The notes beneath the pieces were generated by a model. That model did no database searches. It had not been told where the DNA came from and saw only the letters and a list, made by a program, of their open reading frames with translations. Shown piece by piece: positions 27,949 to 36,477 of a stretch of DNA of 64,000 nt. A program made the translations under genes and the position numbers. The stretch spans positions 2,237 through 66,236 of the forward strand of contig CAYSXA010000001.1 of NCBI GenBank assembly GCA_964435005.1, in the 5' to 3' direction. Numbering within the stretch: the stretch's first letter is position 1; every line of letters begins with the position of its first letter. Source of the DNA: an uncultured Anaerolineaceae bacterium. GTDB taxonomy: Bacteria > Chloroflexota > Anaerolineae > Anaerolineales > DRMV01.

Positions 27949-28755
27949 ATGGCGTACGCAGCCGGAGTGGATGTTGGTTCCACCCAAACCAAAGCCATTA
28001 TTTTAGACGAGAAACGCAACATCGTGGGGCAGGCGCTGATCGACACTGGCTCCAACGTGATGTTGGCGGCGCAGAAAGCCTTCCGCAATGCGCTGGCCTC
28101 GGCGGATATCCGCGAGGAAGAGGTCGAGTACGTGATTGGCACCGGATATGGTCGCTACCGTGTGACTTTTGGCAACACCCAGGTCACCGAGATCAGTTGC
28201 CATGCACGCGGCGCGGTGCACATGTTCCCTAACACGCGCACGGTGCTCGATATGGGCGGACAGGATACCAAAGCCATTCGGGTGAACGAAAACGGCGAAA
28301 TTCTGGATTTCTGCATGAACGACAAGTGTGCGGCGGGTACCGGGCGCTTCCTGGGCGCGGCGGCAACCGCGCTGGAGATCCCCCTGTCCGAACTTGGCCC
28401 CACTGCGCTGCATTCCGAGAAGCCGGTGCGCATCAGCACCACCTGCACTGTGTTCGCCGAGTCGGAGGTGCTTTCCTGGCTGGGTAAGGGCAAGAAGATT
28501 GAAGACATCCTGTGGGGGGTACACCTCTCCATCGCCTCGCGCTCCATCGGTCTGCTGCGCCGGGTGGGCATCGAGGAGGAGGTCACTTTCACCGGCGGCG
28601 TGGCGAAAAACAAGGGGATGGTCGCGGCGCTGGAACAGGGCCTGGGGGTGAAACTGAACGTCAATCCGCTGTCGCACTTTATGGGTGCGTTGGGCGCGGC
28701 GTTGTTCGCCCTGGATCACATCCTGCTCAGGCGACAGCCTCAGCGCTCGGCCTGA
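27949..28755 (+). CDS. BcrAD/BadFG/HgdC-type ATPase (electron-activating subunit 1)
   Basis: [17 protein letters not shown] (ASKHA N-terminus). Cluster-ligating Cys motifs [12 protein letters not shown] and [11 protein letters not shown]. Confidence 0.88.
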   Translation: MAYAAGVDVGSTQTKAIILDEKRNIVGQALIDTGSNVMLAAQKAFRNALASADIREEEVEYVIGTGYGRYRVTFGNTQVTEISCHARGAVHMFPNTRTVLDMGGQDTKAIRVNENGEILDFCMNDKCAAGTGRFLGAAATALEIPLSELGPTALHSEKPVRISTTCTVFAESEVLSWLGKGKKIEDILWGVHLSIASRSIGLLRRVGIEEEVTFTGGVAKNKGMVAALEQGLGVKLNVNPLSHFMGALGAALFALDHILLRRQPQRSA

Positions 28756-28776
28756 CGCCGCATCGGGAGGTTGCAG

Positions 28777-29610
28777 ATGACTTTGACCGCTGGAATAGAT
28801 GTGGGATCCACCTACACCAAAGCCGTGATCCTGGATGACGAATTTCGCATCCTGGGTAAAGCGATGACCAAAACCGGCTTTCAACTGGAAAAGGCCGCCG
28901 AGCGTGCGCTGCTGGGGGCGCTGGACGACGCCGGCGCGCACCGTTCGGATGTGGAATACCTCGTGGCTACCGGCTTTGGCCGCCACCAGGTTTCCTTCCG
29001 CGATGTGAACGTGACGGACATGACTGCCTGCGCCTGGGGCGCCACGCACCTCTTCCCGCGCACGCGCACCATCCTGGATGTGGGCGGGCAGACGATGAAG
29101 GCCATTCGCCTGGGCGACGGTCGGCGGGTGAAATCCTTCCGCCTGAACGACAAGTGCGCCGCTGGCACGGGCGCCTTCCTGGAGAAGACCGCCCGCTACA
29201 TGGGCTACACCACGGAAGAGATCGGTCCGCTGGCCTCCACTTCGAAAGAAGAAGTGCCTATCTCCGGCGTGTGCGCCGTGTTCGCCGAATCCGAGGTGAT
29301 CAATCACCTCTCGCAAGGCGCAGCGCCGGCGGACATCATGCACGGAGCGATCACCGCGCTGGTCAGCCGTTCGGTGCAGTTGATGAAGCGCGTGCGCATG
29401 GAGCCGGAAGTCACGCTGCTGGGCGGCATCCTGCGCTTCGAGACCATGGCTGGCGTGGTGCGGCAGAGCCTGAAGCTGCCGATCAACGTGCCGCCGGGCG
29501 ATATGCCGCAGTTCGTGGCCGCGATGGGCGCGGCTATCCTGGGCCAGCGGCGGCTGCGTAAGCTACGCGCCGGACAGTCGGTGGCGGCCGGAGGCGCTCA
29601 TGCCGTCTGA
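28777..29610 (+). CDS. BcrAD/BadFG/HgdC-type ATPase (electron-activating subunit 2, divergent paralogue)
   Basis: [49 protein letters not shown] plus ATG 28777 (TTG 28771 is an alternative). Confidence 0.88.
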   Translation: MTLTAGIDVGSTYTKAVILDDEFRILGKAMTKTGFQLEKAAERALLGALDDAGAHRSDVEYLVATGFGRHQVSFRDVNVTDMTACAWGATHLFPRTRTILDVGGQTMKAIRLGDGRRVKSFRLNDKCAAGTGAFLEKTARYMGYTTEEIGPLASTSKEEVPISGVCAVFAESEVINHLSQGAAPADIMHGAITALVSRSVQLMKRVRMEPEVTLLGGILRFETMAGVVRQSLKLPINVPPGDMPQFVAAMGAAILGQRRLRKLRAGQSVAAGGAHAV

Positions 29611-29851
29611 TTTGCCGCCCTTTCCCCAGGCGGACTTTGAACCTGACCCCCGCCTGGTGGCTGAGGGTTGGGAGCGGCGCTTTATGGCCGACCCGCAGCG
29701 CGCTCAAGAGGTCCGGGAGATGTTCCTCGCCATGGGTTTCGAGGTGCGGCTGGAGCCGGTGCGCCGCGCTGAGTTCGATGATCTGTGTCAGGACTGCGCG
29801 TTGAGCGCTGAATGTTTGAACTACGTTACCGTCTACGTGCGCAAGAGGTGA
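29600..29851 (+). CDS. Small (83 aa) conserved-looking hypothetical protein with a C-x2-C-x5-C motif
   Basis: SD GGAGG plus ATG 29600, overlapping the ATPase stop by 11 nt. Sequence ..AEGWERRFMADPQRAQEVREMFLAMGFEVRLEP..LCQDCALSAEC..VYVRKR. I do not recognise the family. Confidence 0.6.
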   Translation: MPSDLPPFPQADFEPDPRLVAEGWERRFMADPQRAQEVREMFLAMGFEVRLEPVRRAEFDDLCQDCALSAECLNYVTVYVRKR

Positions 29852-29854
29852 TCT

Positions 29855-30784
29855 TTGACAAAACAACGTCCCACCGTCCAGACTCAGTTCCTGATCTTCA
29901 CCCTGTTTGGCGACTACATTCTGCCGCGTGGAGGCGAGGTCTGGACATCCAGTTTGTTGTATCTGCTGAATTTGCTGGGCGTCAGCGAACGTGCGGCGCG
30001 ATCCACCCTTTCCCGCATGAGCCGCAAGGGGTGGGTGAAGGCCCATCGACAGGGGCGGCGCAGCCGGTATTCACTCACCGAGCGCGGGCGCGCTCTGCTC
30101 AAAAGCGGCGAGCGCCGCATCTTCGAGCCGTTGTACACGGATTGGGATGGCCGCTGGTTCGTGGTGATTTACTCCTTGCCCGAATCCATGCGCGACGCCC
30201 GTCACCAACTGCGTCAGAACCTGATCTGGCTGGGCTTTGGGGCGCTCTCGCCGGGTACCTGGATCTCGCCCCACGACCGGCGCGCCGACCTGGAGCGTTT
30301 GCTGGACGACCTGCAGGTGCGTGAGTACGTGGAGATGTTCGTCGGGCGGCATCTGGGCAACGCCAGCGACCGCGAGATGATCCGCCGATGTTGGGATCTG
30401 GACGGCCTGGTGGAGCAGTATCGTCGCTTCATCGAGCGCTACCAGCCCGAATACGAGCAGTGCGCGATGCCGGGCAACGGCGAGCCGGACATCCCGCCGG
30501 AGGTTTGCTTTGTGCGCCGTTTCTGGTTGACGCACGAGTTCCAGTCTTTCCCCCTCAAAGACCCCAACCTGCCCGTGGCGCTCCTTTCGCCGGACTGGGT
30601 GGGCTTTCGCGCCCGGCGGCTGTTCGAAGAGTACCGCGCCCTGCTGAGCACCAAAGCCAATGCCTTTGTGGATGCGGTGATGAACGGGGAGCACGAAGCC
30701 GTCCCGGCGGTGCAAACGCTGGAGGAAAACCGTCTGGAAGGTTCGTGGCGCATCAGCCCTATGGGGCCGGATGGCTCGCCCTAG
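29855..30784 (+). CDS. paaX: PaaX-family transcriptional regulator (phenylacetyl-CoA-responsive repressor family)
   Basis: QFLIFTLFGDYILPRGGEVWTSSLLYLLNLLGVSERAARSTLSRMSRKGW...RYSLTERG is characteristic of the PaaX N-terminus. TTG start after AAGAGG. Confidence 0.85.
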   Translation: MTKQRPTVQTQFLIFTLFGDYILPRGGEVWTSSLLYLLNLLGVSERAARSTLSRMSRKGWVKAHRQGRRSRYSLTERGRALLKSGERRIFEPLYTDWDGRWFVVIYSLPESMRDARHQLRQNLIWLGFGALSPGTWISPHDRRADLERLLDDLQVREYVEMFVGRHLGNASDREMIRRCWDLDGLVEQYRRFIERYQPEYEQCAMPGNGEPDIPPEVCFVRRFWLTHEFQSFPLKDPNLPVALLSPDWVGFRARRLFEEYRALLSTKANAFVDAVMNGEHEAVPAVQTLEENRLEGSWRISPMGPDGSP

Positions 30785-30796
30785 AGGAGGGGCGTT

Positions 30797-31573
30797 ATGC
30801 AGGAATCCGCACAGGCTACCTTTGTAAAGACTACGGTGGAAGACGGCTTCGCGCGGCTGACGCTGAACCGCCCACCGTTGAACGTGCTGCACATCCCCAT
30901 GTTGCAGCAACTGGATGAAGCGCTGCGCGCGCTGGCGGCGGATGATTCAGTGCGCGTGCTGGTGCTGGACGCCGAGGGAAAGATGTTCTCCGCTGGCGTG
31001 GACGTGGCCGACCACACCGAGGACAAAGTGGGCGAGATGATTCCGCTGTTCGACCGGGTGTGCCGCACGCTGGCGGATTTTCCGGTGCCGACGCTGGCGG
31101 CGGTGCACGGTCACGCGTTGGGCGGCGGCTGCGAGCTGGTGCTGTGCTGCGACCTGGCGGTGATGGTCGAGGGCGCGCGCATCGGACAGCCGGAGGTGCG
31201 CCTGGCGGCGCTGGCGCCGGTGGCGGCCCTTCGTTTGCCGTTGTTGGTGGGGTACCGTGCCGCCGCCGACCTGCTGTTCAGTGGGCGCACGCTGACCGCG
31301 CAAGAGGCGCTGGAGATCGGCCTGGTGAACGCAGTGGTGCCGCCGGAGGAGTTGAGCGGTTGGGTGGAGGGCAAAGCCGCCGGGATCGCTGCGCTCAGCC
31401 GTGCTGCGTTGCGCCTGAACAAACGCGCGCTGCGCCTGGGATACAAGGATTGGACAGCGCGCTTCCCGGAGATGGAGCGCCTCTACCTGGAGGAATTGAT
31501 GTCCACCGAGGATGCCCGTGAGGGCCTGAGCGCCTTCCTGGAGAAGCGCGAACCGGTCTGGAAACACCGTTGA
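30797..31573 (+). CDS. Enoyl-CoA hydratase/isomerase (crotonase) family protein
   Basis: LNRPPLNVL, FSAGVDV, ALGGGCELVLCCD, C-terminal EDAREGLSAFLEKREPVW. 258 aa. Confidence 0.88.
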   Translation: MQESAQATFVKTTVEDGFARLTLNRPPLNVLHIPMLQQLDEALRALAADDSVRVLVLDAEGKMFSAGVDVADHTEDKVGEMIPLFDRVCRTLADFPVPTLAAVHGHALGGGCELVLCCDLAVMVEGARIGQPEVRLAALAPVAALRLPLLVGYRAAADLLFSGRTLTAQEALEIGLVNAVVPPEELSGWVEGKAAGIAALSRAALRLNKRALRLGYKDWTARFPEMERLYLEELMSTEDAREGLSAFLEKREPVWKHR

Positions 31574-31601
31574 GGTTCCGTTCAGTTGAGGAGGAATGAT
31601 C

Positions 31602-32090
31602 ATGGCACGCGGTTTGACGTTCGACGAGTTCGAAGTCGGCGCCCGCTACATCTCGCAAGGACGCACGGTCACCGAGGCCGACGTGGTGGCCTTCGCCGGT
31701 CTGTCGGGTGACTTCAATCCCCTGCACACCAATGCCGAATTCGGACGCCAGACGCCTTTCGGGGAGCGCATCGCCCACGGTATGCTGATCGTCGCCATGG
31801 CGACCGGCATGGCGAACTGGACGGGCATCTTCGAAGGCACCACGCTTGCTCTGATGGAGCAGGTGATCCGCTACAAGGGGGCGGTGAAGTTCGGCGACAC
31901 CGTGCACCTGGAACTCGAAGTGCTGGACAAGCGCGAGACCTCTAAACCCGACCGGGGGGTGGTGCGCTTTGCCGCGCGTGTGCGCAACCAGCGTGACGAG
32001 GTGGTGGTGGACGGCGAATGGACGCTGCTCATGCGGCGGGAACGACCCAAAGAGACCGTGACCGGAGGGGAACATGTTGCTCAAGGATAA
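31602..32090 (+). CDS. MaoC-like (R)-specific enoyl-CoA hydratase / hot-dog dehydratase
   Basis: FAGLSGDFNPLHTNAEFGRQTPFGERIAHGML motif. ATG 31596 is an alternative start. Confidence 0.85.
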   Translation: MARGLTFDEFEVGARYISQGRTVTEADVVAFAGLSGDFNPLHTNAEFGRQTPFGERIAHGMLIVAMATGMANWTGIFEGTTLALMEQVIRYKGAVKFGDTVHLELEVLDKRETSKPDRGVVRFAARVRNQRDEVVVDGEWTLLMRRERPKETVTGGEHVAQG

Positions 32091-32841
32091 AGTTGCCATC
32101 ATCACAGGCGGCGGCAACGGCATTGGCCGCGCCACCGCGCTGCGCTTTGCCCGCGAAGGTGCGAAGGTGGTGATCGCCGACCTGGACGCCGAAGGGCTGG
32201 AAGGCAGCCGCCAGGCCATCGAGGAGCAGGGCGGTGAGGTGCTGGTGTTGGAGGTCAACGTCACCCGGCGTGAGGATGTGCAGCGCATGGTGGATGCCAC
32301 CGTGGAGCGCTTTGGCCGGCTGGACATCCTGATTAACAACGCAGGCATCACCCGTGACGGCCTGACCACACGCATCAAGGACGGCGAAGTGAAGTTGATG
32401 AGCGATGACAAGTGGGACGCGGTGCTGGCTGTCAACCTGAAGGGAACCTGGCTGTGCTCGCAACTGGCCGCCGTGCCCATGATGCAGCAGAAATACGGGC
32501 GCATCGTCAACACCGCCTCGGTGGCTGCGCTGGGCAACATCGGTCAGGCGAACTACTCAGCCTCTAAAGCCGGCGTGATCGGCCTGACGCGCACGCTGGC
32601 GCTGGAATGGGCGCGCTACAACATCGCGGTGAACTGCATCGCGCCCGGTGGCGTGAAGACGCGCATGACCGCCGCTATCCCCGAAAAGATCATGGCAGGG
32701 TTGCTCCAGAAGATTCCCTATCGGCGCATGGCCGAGCCGGAGGAAATTGCTGCGGTACACGCCTTCCTGGCGAGCGATGAGGCCTCTTACATCACCGGTC
32801 AGGTCATTTTTGTGGACGGCGGCCTGACTGTGGGCGCCTGA
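32074..32841 (+). CDS. Short-chain dehydrogenase/reductase (FabG / 3-hydroxyacyl-CoA dehydrogenase-like)
   Basis: TGGGNGIGRA, NNAGI, S..YSASKAG catalytic motif. 255 aa. Overlaps the MaoC gene end. Confidence 0.88.
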   Translation: MLLKDKVAIITGGGNGIGRATALRFAREGAKVVIADLDAEGLEGSRQAIEEQGGEVLVLEVNVTRREDVQRMVDATVERFGRLDILINNAGITRDGLTTRIKDGEVKLMSDDKWDAVLAVNLKGTWLCSQLAAVPMMQQKYGRIVNTASVAALGNIGQANYSASKAGVIGLTRTLALEWARYNIAVNCIAPGGVKTRMTAAIPEKIMAGLLQKIPYRRMAEPEEIAAVHAFLASDEASYITGQVIFVDGGLTVGA

Positions 32842-32853
32842 CGGGAGGCGATT

Positions 32854-34062
32854 ATGGCTATGGAACATTCATACATTCCTTACGGCGGCTACTGGTGTAC
32901 GCCGTTCGTCAAGTGGCAGGGGAACTTCGCCAACCTGCATCCGGTGAAGTTCGCCGCCGAGGTGACCCGCCGTGCTCTGCAAGATCGCGACATCCCGCCA
33001 GATACGTTTACCAACCTGTACTTCGGCATGACCGTGCCGGCGAAACACTCCTTTTACGGCGCGCCGTGGCTGGCGGCTATGATCGGCGCGGAGGGCATCA
33101 CTGGCCCGGTCTTCTCGCAGGCCTGTGCCACCTCGGCGCGCGTGATCGGCAGCGCAGCGCACGCTGTAGAGAGTGATCGTGCGGAGCAGCCTGTCATTCT
33201 GTGCATCACCGCAGACCGCACTTCCAACGGCCCGCACATCGTGTATCCCAACCCGCTCAACCCCGGAGCGCGCGGCGACGCCGAAGACTGGGTGTGGGAT
33301 AACTTCAACTTCGACCCCTATGCCCGCAACAGCATGCTCCAGACCGCCGAGAACGTGGCGCGGGAGTACCACATCACCACCGAGGAACAGCACGAGGTGG
33401 TGCTGATGCGCTACGCGCAGTACCAGCAGGCGTTGGCGGACGGTGCCGCCTTCCACAAGCGGTACATGGTCACGCCCATTGAGGTCAACCCCTCCGGGCG
33501 CAGGGTGATGGCGACCGTGGCCGACGACGAGGGCGTGTTCCCCACCACGGCAGAAGGGCTGGCGCGGCTGAAACCGGTCTTGCCAGACGGCACGGTGACC
33601 TTTGGTGGGCAGACCTATCCCGCCGATGGCAATGCGGGCATGATCATCACCACACGCGATCGGGCGCGCGAACTCAGCCGCGACCCAAACATCGAAATCC
33701 GCCTGCTGTCCTTTGCCGAAGGGCGCACGCAAAAGGGATACATGCCCAAAGCGAACGCCCCGGCGGTGCGTAAGGTGCTCGACCGCGCAGGCATCTCGCT
33801 CAAGGACGTGAAAGCCATCAAGACGCACAACCCCTTCGCGGTGAACGATGTGTTCCTCAGCCGTGAACTGGGCATCCCGCTGGAAGGGATGAACAACTAT
33901 GGATGCTCGCTGATTTGGGGACATCCCCAGGGGCCAACCGGTATGCGCCTGATCATTGAACTGATCGAGGAACTGGTGCTGCTGGGCGGCGGATATGGCC
34001 TGTTCACCGGCTGCGCGGCAGGCGACACGGCGGCAGCGGTGGTGCTGCACGTCCAGGTGTGA
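32854..34062 (+). CDS. Thiolase-family acyl-CoA acetyltransferase
   Basis: 402 aa. Active-site-like SQACATSARV and C-terminal GLFTGCAAGDTAAAVV. Confidence 0.8.
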   Translation: MAMEHSYIPYGGYWCTPFVKWQGNFANLHPVKFAAEVTRRALQDRDIPPDTFTNLYFGMTVPAKHSFYGAPWLAAMIGAEGITGPVFSQACATSARVIGSAAHAVESDRAEQPVILCITADRTSNGPHIVYPNPLNPGARGDAEDWVWDNFNFDPYARNSMLQTAENVAREYHITTEEQHEVVLMRYAQYQQALADGAAFHKRYMVTPIEVNPSGRRVMATVADDEGVFPTTAEGLARLKPVLPDGTVTFGGQTYPADGNAGMIITTRDRARELSRDPNIEIRLLSFAEGRTQKGYMPKANAPAVRKVLDRAGISLKDVKAIKTHNPFAVNDVFLSRELGIPLEGMNNYGCSLIWGHPQGPTGMRLIIELIEELVLLGGGYGLFTGCAAGDTAAAVVLHVQV

Positions 34063-34069
34063 GGCACAC

Positions 34070-34525
34070 ATGGCGAAGCCCAAACCCACGCCCTTTCGCT
34101 ACTACACCACCGTACGGGTGCGTTTTAGCGACACCGACGCGCAGGGCCACGTCAATTTCGCGCAGCACTACAACTACTTCGATGAGGCGCTAACCGGCTA
34201 CCTGCGCGACGCGCTGGGCTACGGCTACTCCCAGCTGCTGGCCGACGGCCTCGACCTGCTGTACGCCGCCTCTCAGGCCGATTATCACTCCCCGGCCTAC
34301 TTCGAGGAGACCCTGCGGGTGCATTGCCGCCTGGCGGAGATCGGCAACTCGTCCATGCGCTTCGAATTTCAGACCTTCGCCGAGACCGACGACCGCCTGA
34401 TCGCCACCGGCAGCATCGTCACCGTGATGGCCGAACGTCAGACCTGGAAAAAGGTCCGCGTCCCCGACCGCATCCGCGAAGCCAACGAACGCTGGCTGGC
34501 GGGTGAGGGACCACCAAACCAATGA
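34070..34525 (+). CDS. 4HBT/YbgC-type acyl-CoA thioesterase (hot-dog)
   Basis: VRVRFSDTDAQGHVNFAQHYNYFDEA is a typical 4HBT N-terminus. ATG 34070. Confidence 0.8.
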   Translation: MAKPKPTPFRYYTTVRVRFSDTDAQGHVNFAQHYNYFDEALTGYLRDALGYGYSQLLADGLDLLYAASQADYHSPAYFEETLRVHCRLAEIGNSSMRFEFQTFAETDDRLIATGSIVTVMAERQTWKKVRVPDRIREANERWLAGEGPPNQ

Positions 34526-34548
34526 ACCGCTAAACTGGCAAACCAACC

Positions 34549-35571
34549 ATGAAAGCAGCCGTATTTTACGAAGCCGGAAAACCTCTGCGAATCGAAGAGG
34601 TTCCCACCCCGGAGCCTGGGGAGGGAGAGGTGCTGATCAAAGTGGCCGCCTGCGGGCTGTGCCACACCGACTTGCACTACATCGACCACGGCGTGCCGAC
34701 CTTCAAGCGGCCGCCCATCATCCTGGGGCACGAGGTCTCCGGGCAGATCGCCGCGCTGGGCAAAGGCGTGAGCGATTGGAAGGAAGGTGACCGTGTGCTG
34801 GCGCCTGCTGTCTACGGTTGTGGACAGTGTCGCATGTGCCGCACCGGGCGCGAGAACATCTGCGAGCGCATGGTGATGTTCGGCAACCATGTGGACGGCG
34901 GCTACGCGGAGTACATGCTCGCGCCCGCCAAAGACGTGATCCCCCTGCCGGAGGAAATCCCGCTGGTAGAGGGCGCGATCATTGCCGACGCCACCACCAC
35001 GCCCTACCATGCGGTGGTCAATCGCGGCCAGGTGCAGCCCGGCGACCAGGTGGTGGTCTTCGGGTGCGGCGGCATTGGCCTGAACCTGGTGCAGGTTGCC
35101 GCGGCGATGGGCGCGCGCGTGATTGCGGTGGACATCCTGGATCAGAAGCTGGAATGGGCGCGGGAACTCGGCGCGCAGGCCACCGTGAACGCCAAAACCG
35201 TGGAGCGCGTGGATAAGGAAATCCGCAAGCTGACCGGTGGCGGCGCGGACATCGGCTTCGAGGCCATTGGCAACCCGATCACCCAGGAGCAGACCTTCAA
35301 GTCGCTGCGCACCGGCGGGCGTTTCGTGGTGGTCGGTTACGCCGACAAGCCCATGCGCCTGGACAGCGGGCGGGTGATGTTTCGCGAGATGGAGATCATC
35401 GGCTCGCTGGGTTGCCGCGCGGTGGACTACCCGCGGGTGATCGAACTGGCCCGCCAGGGCAAGATCAAGGTCAAGGAACTGGTTACCGCCCGCTTCCCGC
35501 TGGACGAAATCAACGCCGGGCTGGACGTGCTACGCAGCGGGGAGGGCATCCGTTCGGTGGTGGTGCCGTGA
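34549..35571 (+). CDS. Zn-dependent medium-chain alcohol dehydrogenase
   Basis: [15 protein letters not shown], structural Zn [21 protein letters not shown] Rossmann. 340 aa. Confidence 0.88.
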   Translation: MKAAVFYEAGKPLRIEEVPTPEPGEGEVLIKVAACGLCHTDLHYIDHGVPTFKRPPIILGHEVSGQIAALGKGVSDWKEGDRVLAPAVYGCGQCRMCRTGRENICERMVMFGNHVDGGYAEYMLAPAKDVIPLPEEIPLVEGAIIADATTTPYHAVVNRGQVQPGDQVVVFGCGGIGLNLVQVAAAMGARVIAVDILDQKLEWARELGAQATVNAKTVERVDKEIRKLTGGGADIGFEAIGNPITQEQTFKSLRTGGRFVVVGYADKPMRLDSGRVMFREMEIIGSLGCRAVDYPRVIELARQGKIKVKELVTARFPLDEINAGLDVLRSGEGIRSVVVP

Positions 35572-36446
35572 TCATTGATTTTCACATCCACCTCAGCCGC
35601 CCGGAGCACGAGCGGCCCTGGGTGATGGAGTGGATGCGGAAGAACTTCTCTGGCGACCTGGACGCTCTGATGGAGCAGGTGCTCACGCCGGAGGGGATGC
35701 GTCGCACTCTGCAGGAGTACGGGATCGATTACGCCGTTGGGCTGGCGGAGGTCTCGCCCCTCACCACCGGCGTGGCGGATAACGACTTCGTAGGACGCTT
35801 CTGCCGCCAGGCGAACGCCCTGCCCGACCCACCAGAAGGCCCCAAAGGGCGGCTGATCCCTTTTGCCAGCATCAATCCCTACATCGAAAACGATCTGGCC
35901 GCTGAACTGGAGCGCGTGGTGCAGGAATGGGGCTTTCGCGGCGTGAAGTTGTATCCGGTGTACCAGTATCACTACGTGAACGAGCCGCGCATGTACCCGC
36001 TGTATGCCAAAGCGCAGGAACTGGGGCTGCCGGTGCTGGTGCACACCGGGTCGTCGGTTTTCAAGGGCGCACGCATCAAGTACGGCGATCCACTGCACCT
36101 GGACGATGTGGCGATTGACTTCCCGAACCTGACCATCATCATGGCGCACTCCGGGAGGCCGTTCTGGTACGAGCAGGCGTTCTGGATGGCGCGACGGCAC
36201 GATAACGTGTACATGGAGGTCTCCGGCCTGCCGGGCAAGAAGTTGCTGGAGTACTTCCCTCGGCTGGAGAAGTTGGCGCACAAGGTGATCTACGGCTCCG
36301 ACTGGCCGGGCAATCCCGACCTGCGGCGCAACGTGGAGGCCATCCGCGGCTTGCCGATCTCGGAGGAGGCCAAGTGGCTGATCCTGTACGGAAACGCGGC
36401 GCGGATTCTCGGCCTGGAAGGTGAAACGGGCACCACGTCCCGGTAG
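35568..36446 (+). CDS. Amidohydrolase_2 (ACMSD/LigI-type TIM-barrel metal-dependent hydrolase/decarboxylase) family protein
   Basis: GTGA overlap. VIIDFHIHL..., ...VLVHTG..., ...IIMAHSG..., ...YGSDWP metal-ligand pattern. Confidence 0.78.
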   Translation: MIIDFHIHLSRPEHERPWVMEWMRKNFSGDLDALMEQVLTPEGMRRTLQEYGIDYAVGLAEVSPLTTGVADNDFVGRFCRQANALPDPPEGPKGRLIPFASINPYIENDLAAELERVVQEWGFRGVKLYPVYQYHYVNEPRMYPLYAKAQELGLPVLVHTGSSVFKGARIKYGDPLHLDDVAIDFPNLTIIMAHSGRPFWYEQAFWMARRHDNVYMEVSGLPGKKLLEYFPRLEKLAHKVIYGSDWPGNPDLRRNVEAIRGLPISEEAKWLILYGNAARILGLEGETGTTSR

Positions 36447-36477
36447 GAGAGGTGACTCTCACCTGAGGAGGTATTGG

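Noticed and set aside
35412-35567. Upstream extension of the amidohydrolase ORF, with similar extensions at 36421, 45486 and 54124
   Set aside because: These extensions lie inside the preceding genes in another frame. Conserved N-termini and SD or overlap-coupled starts support the shorter models.
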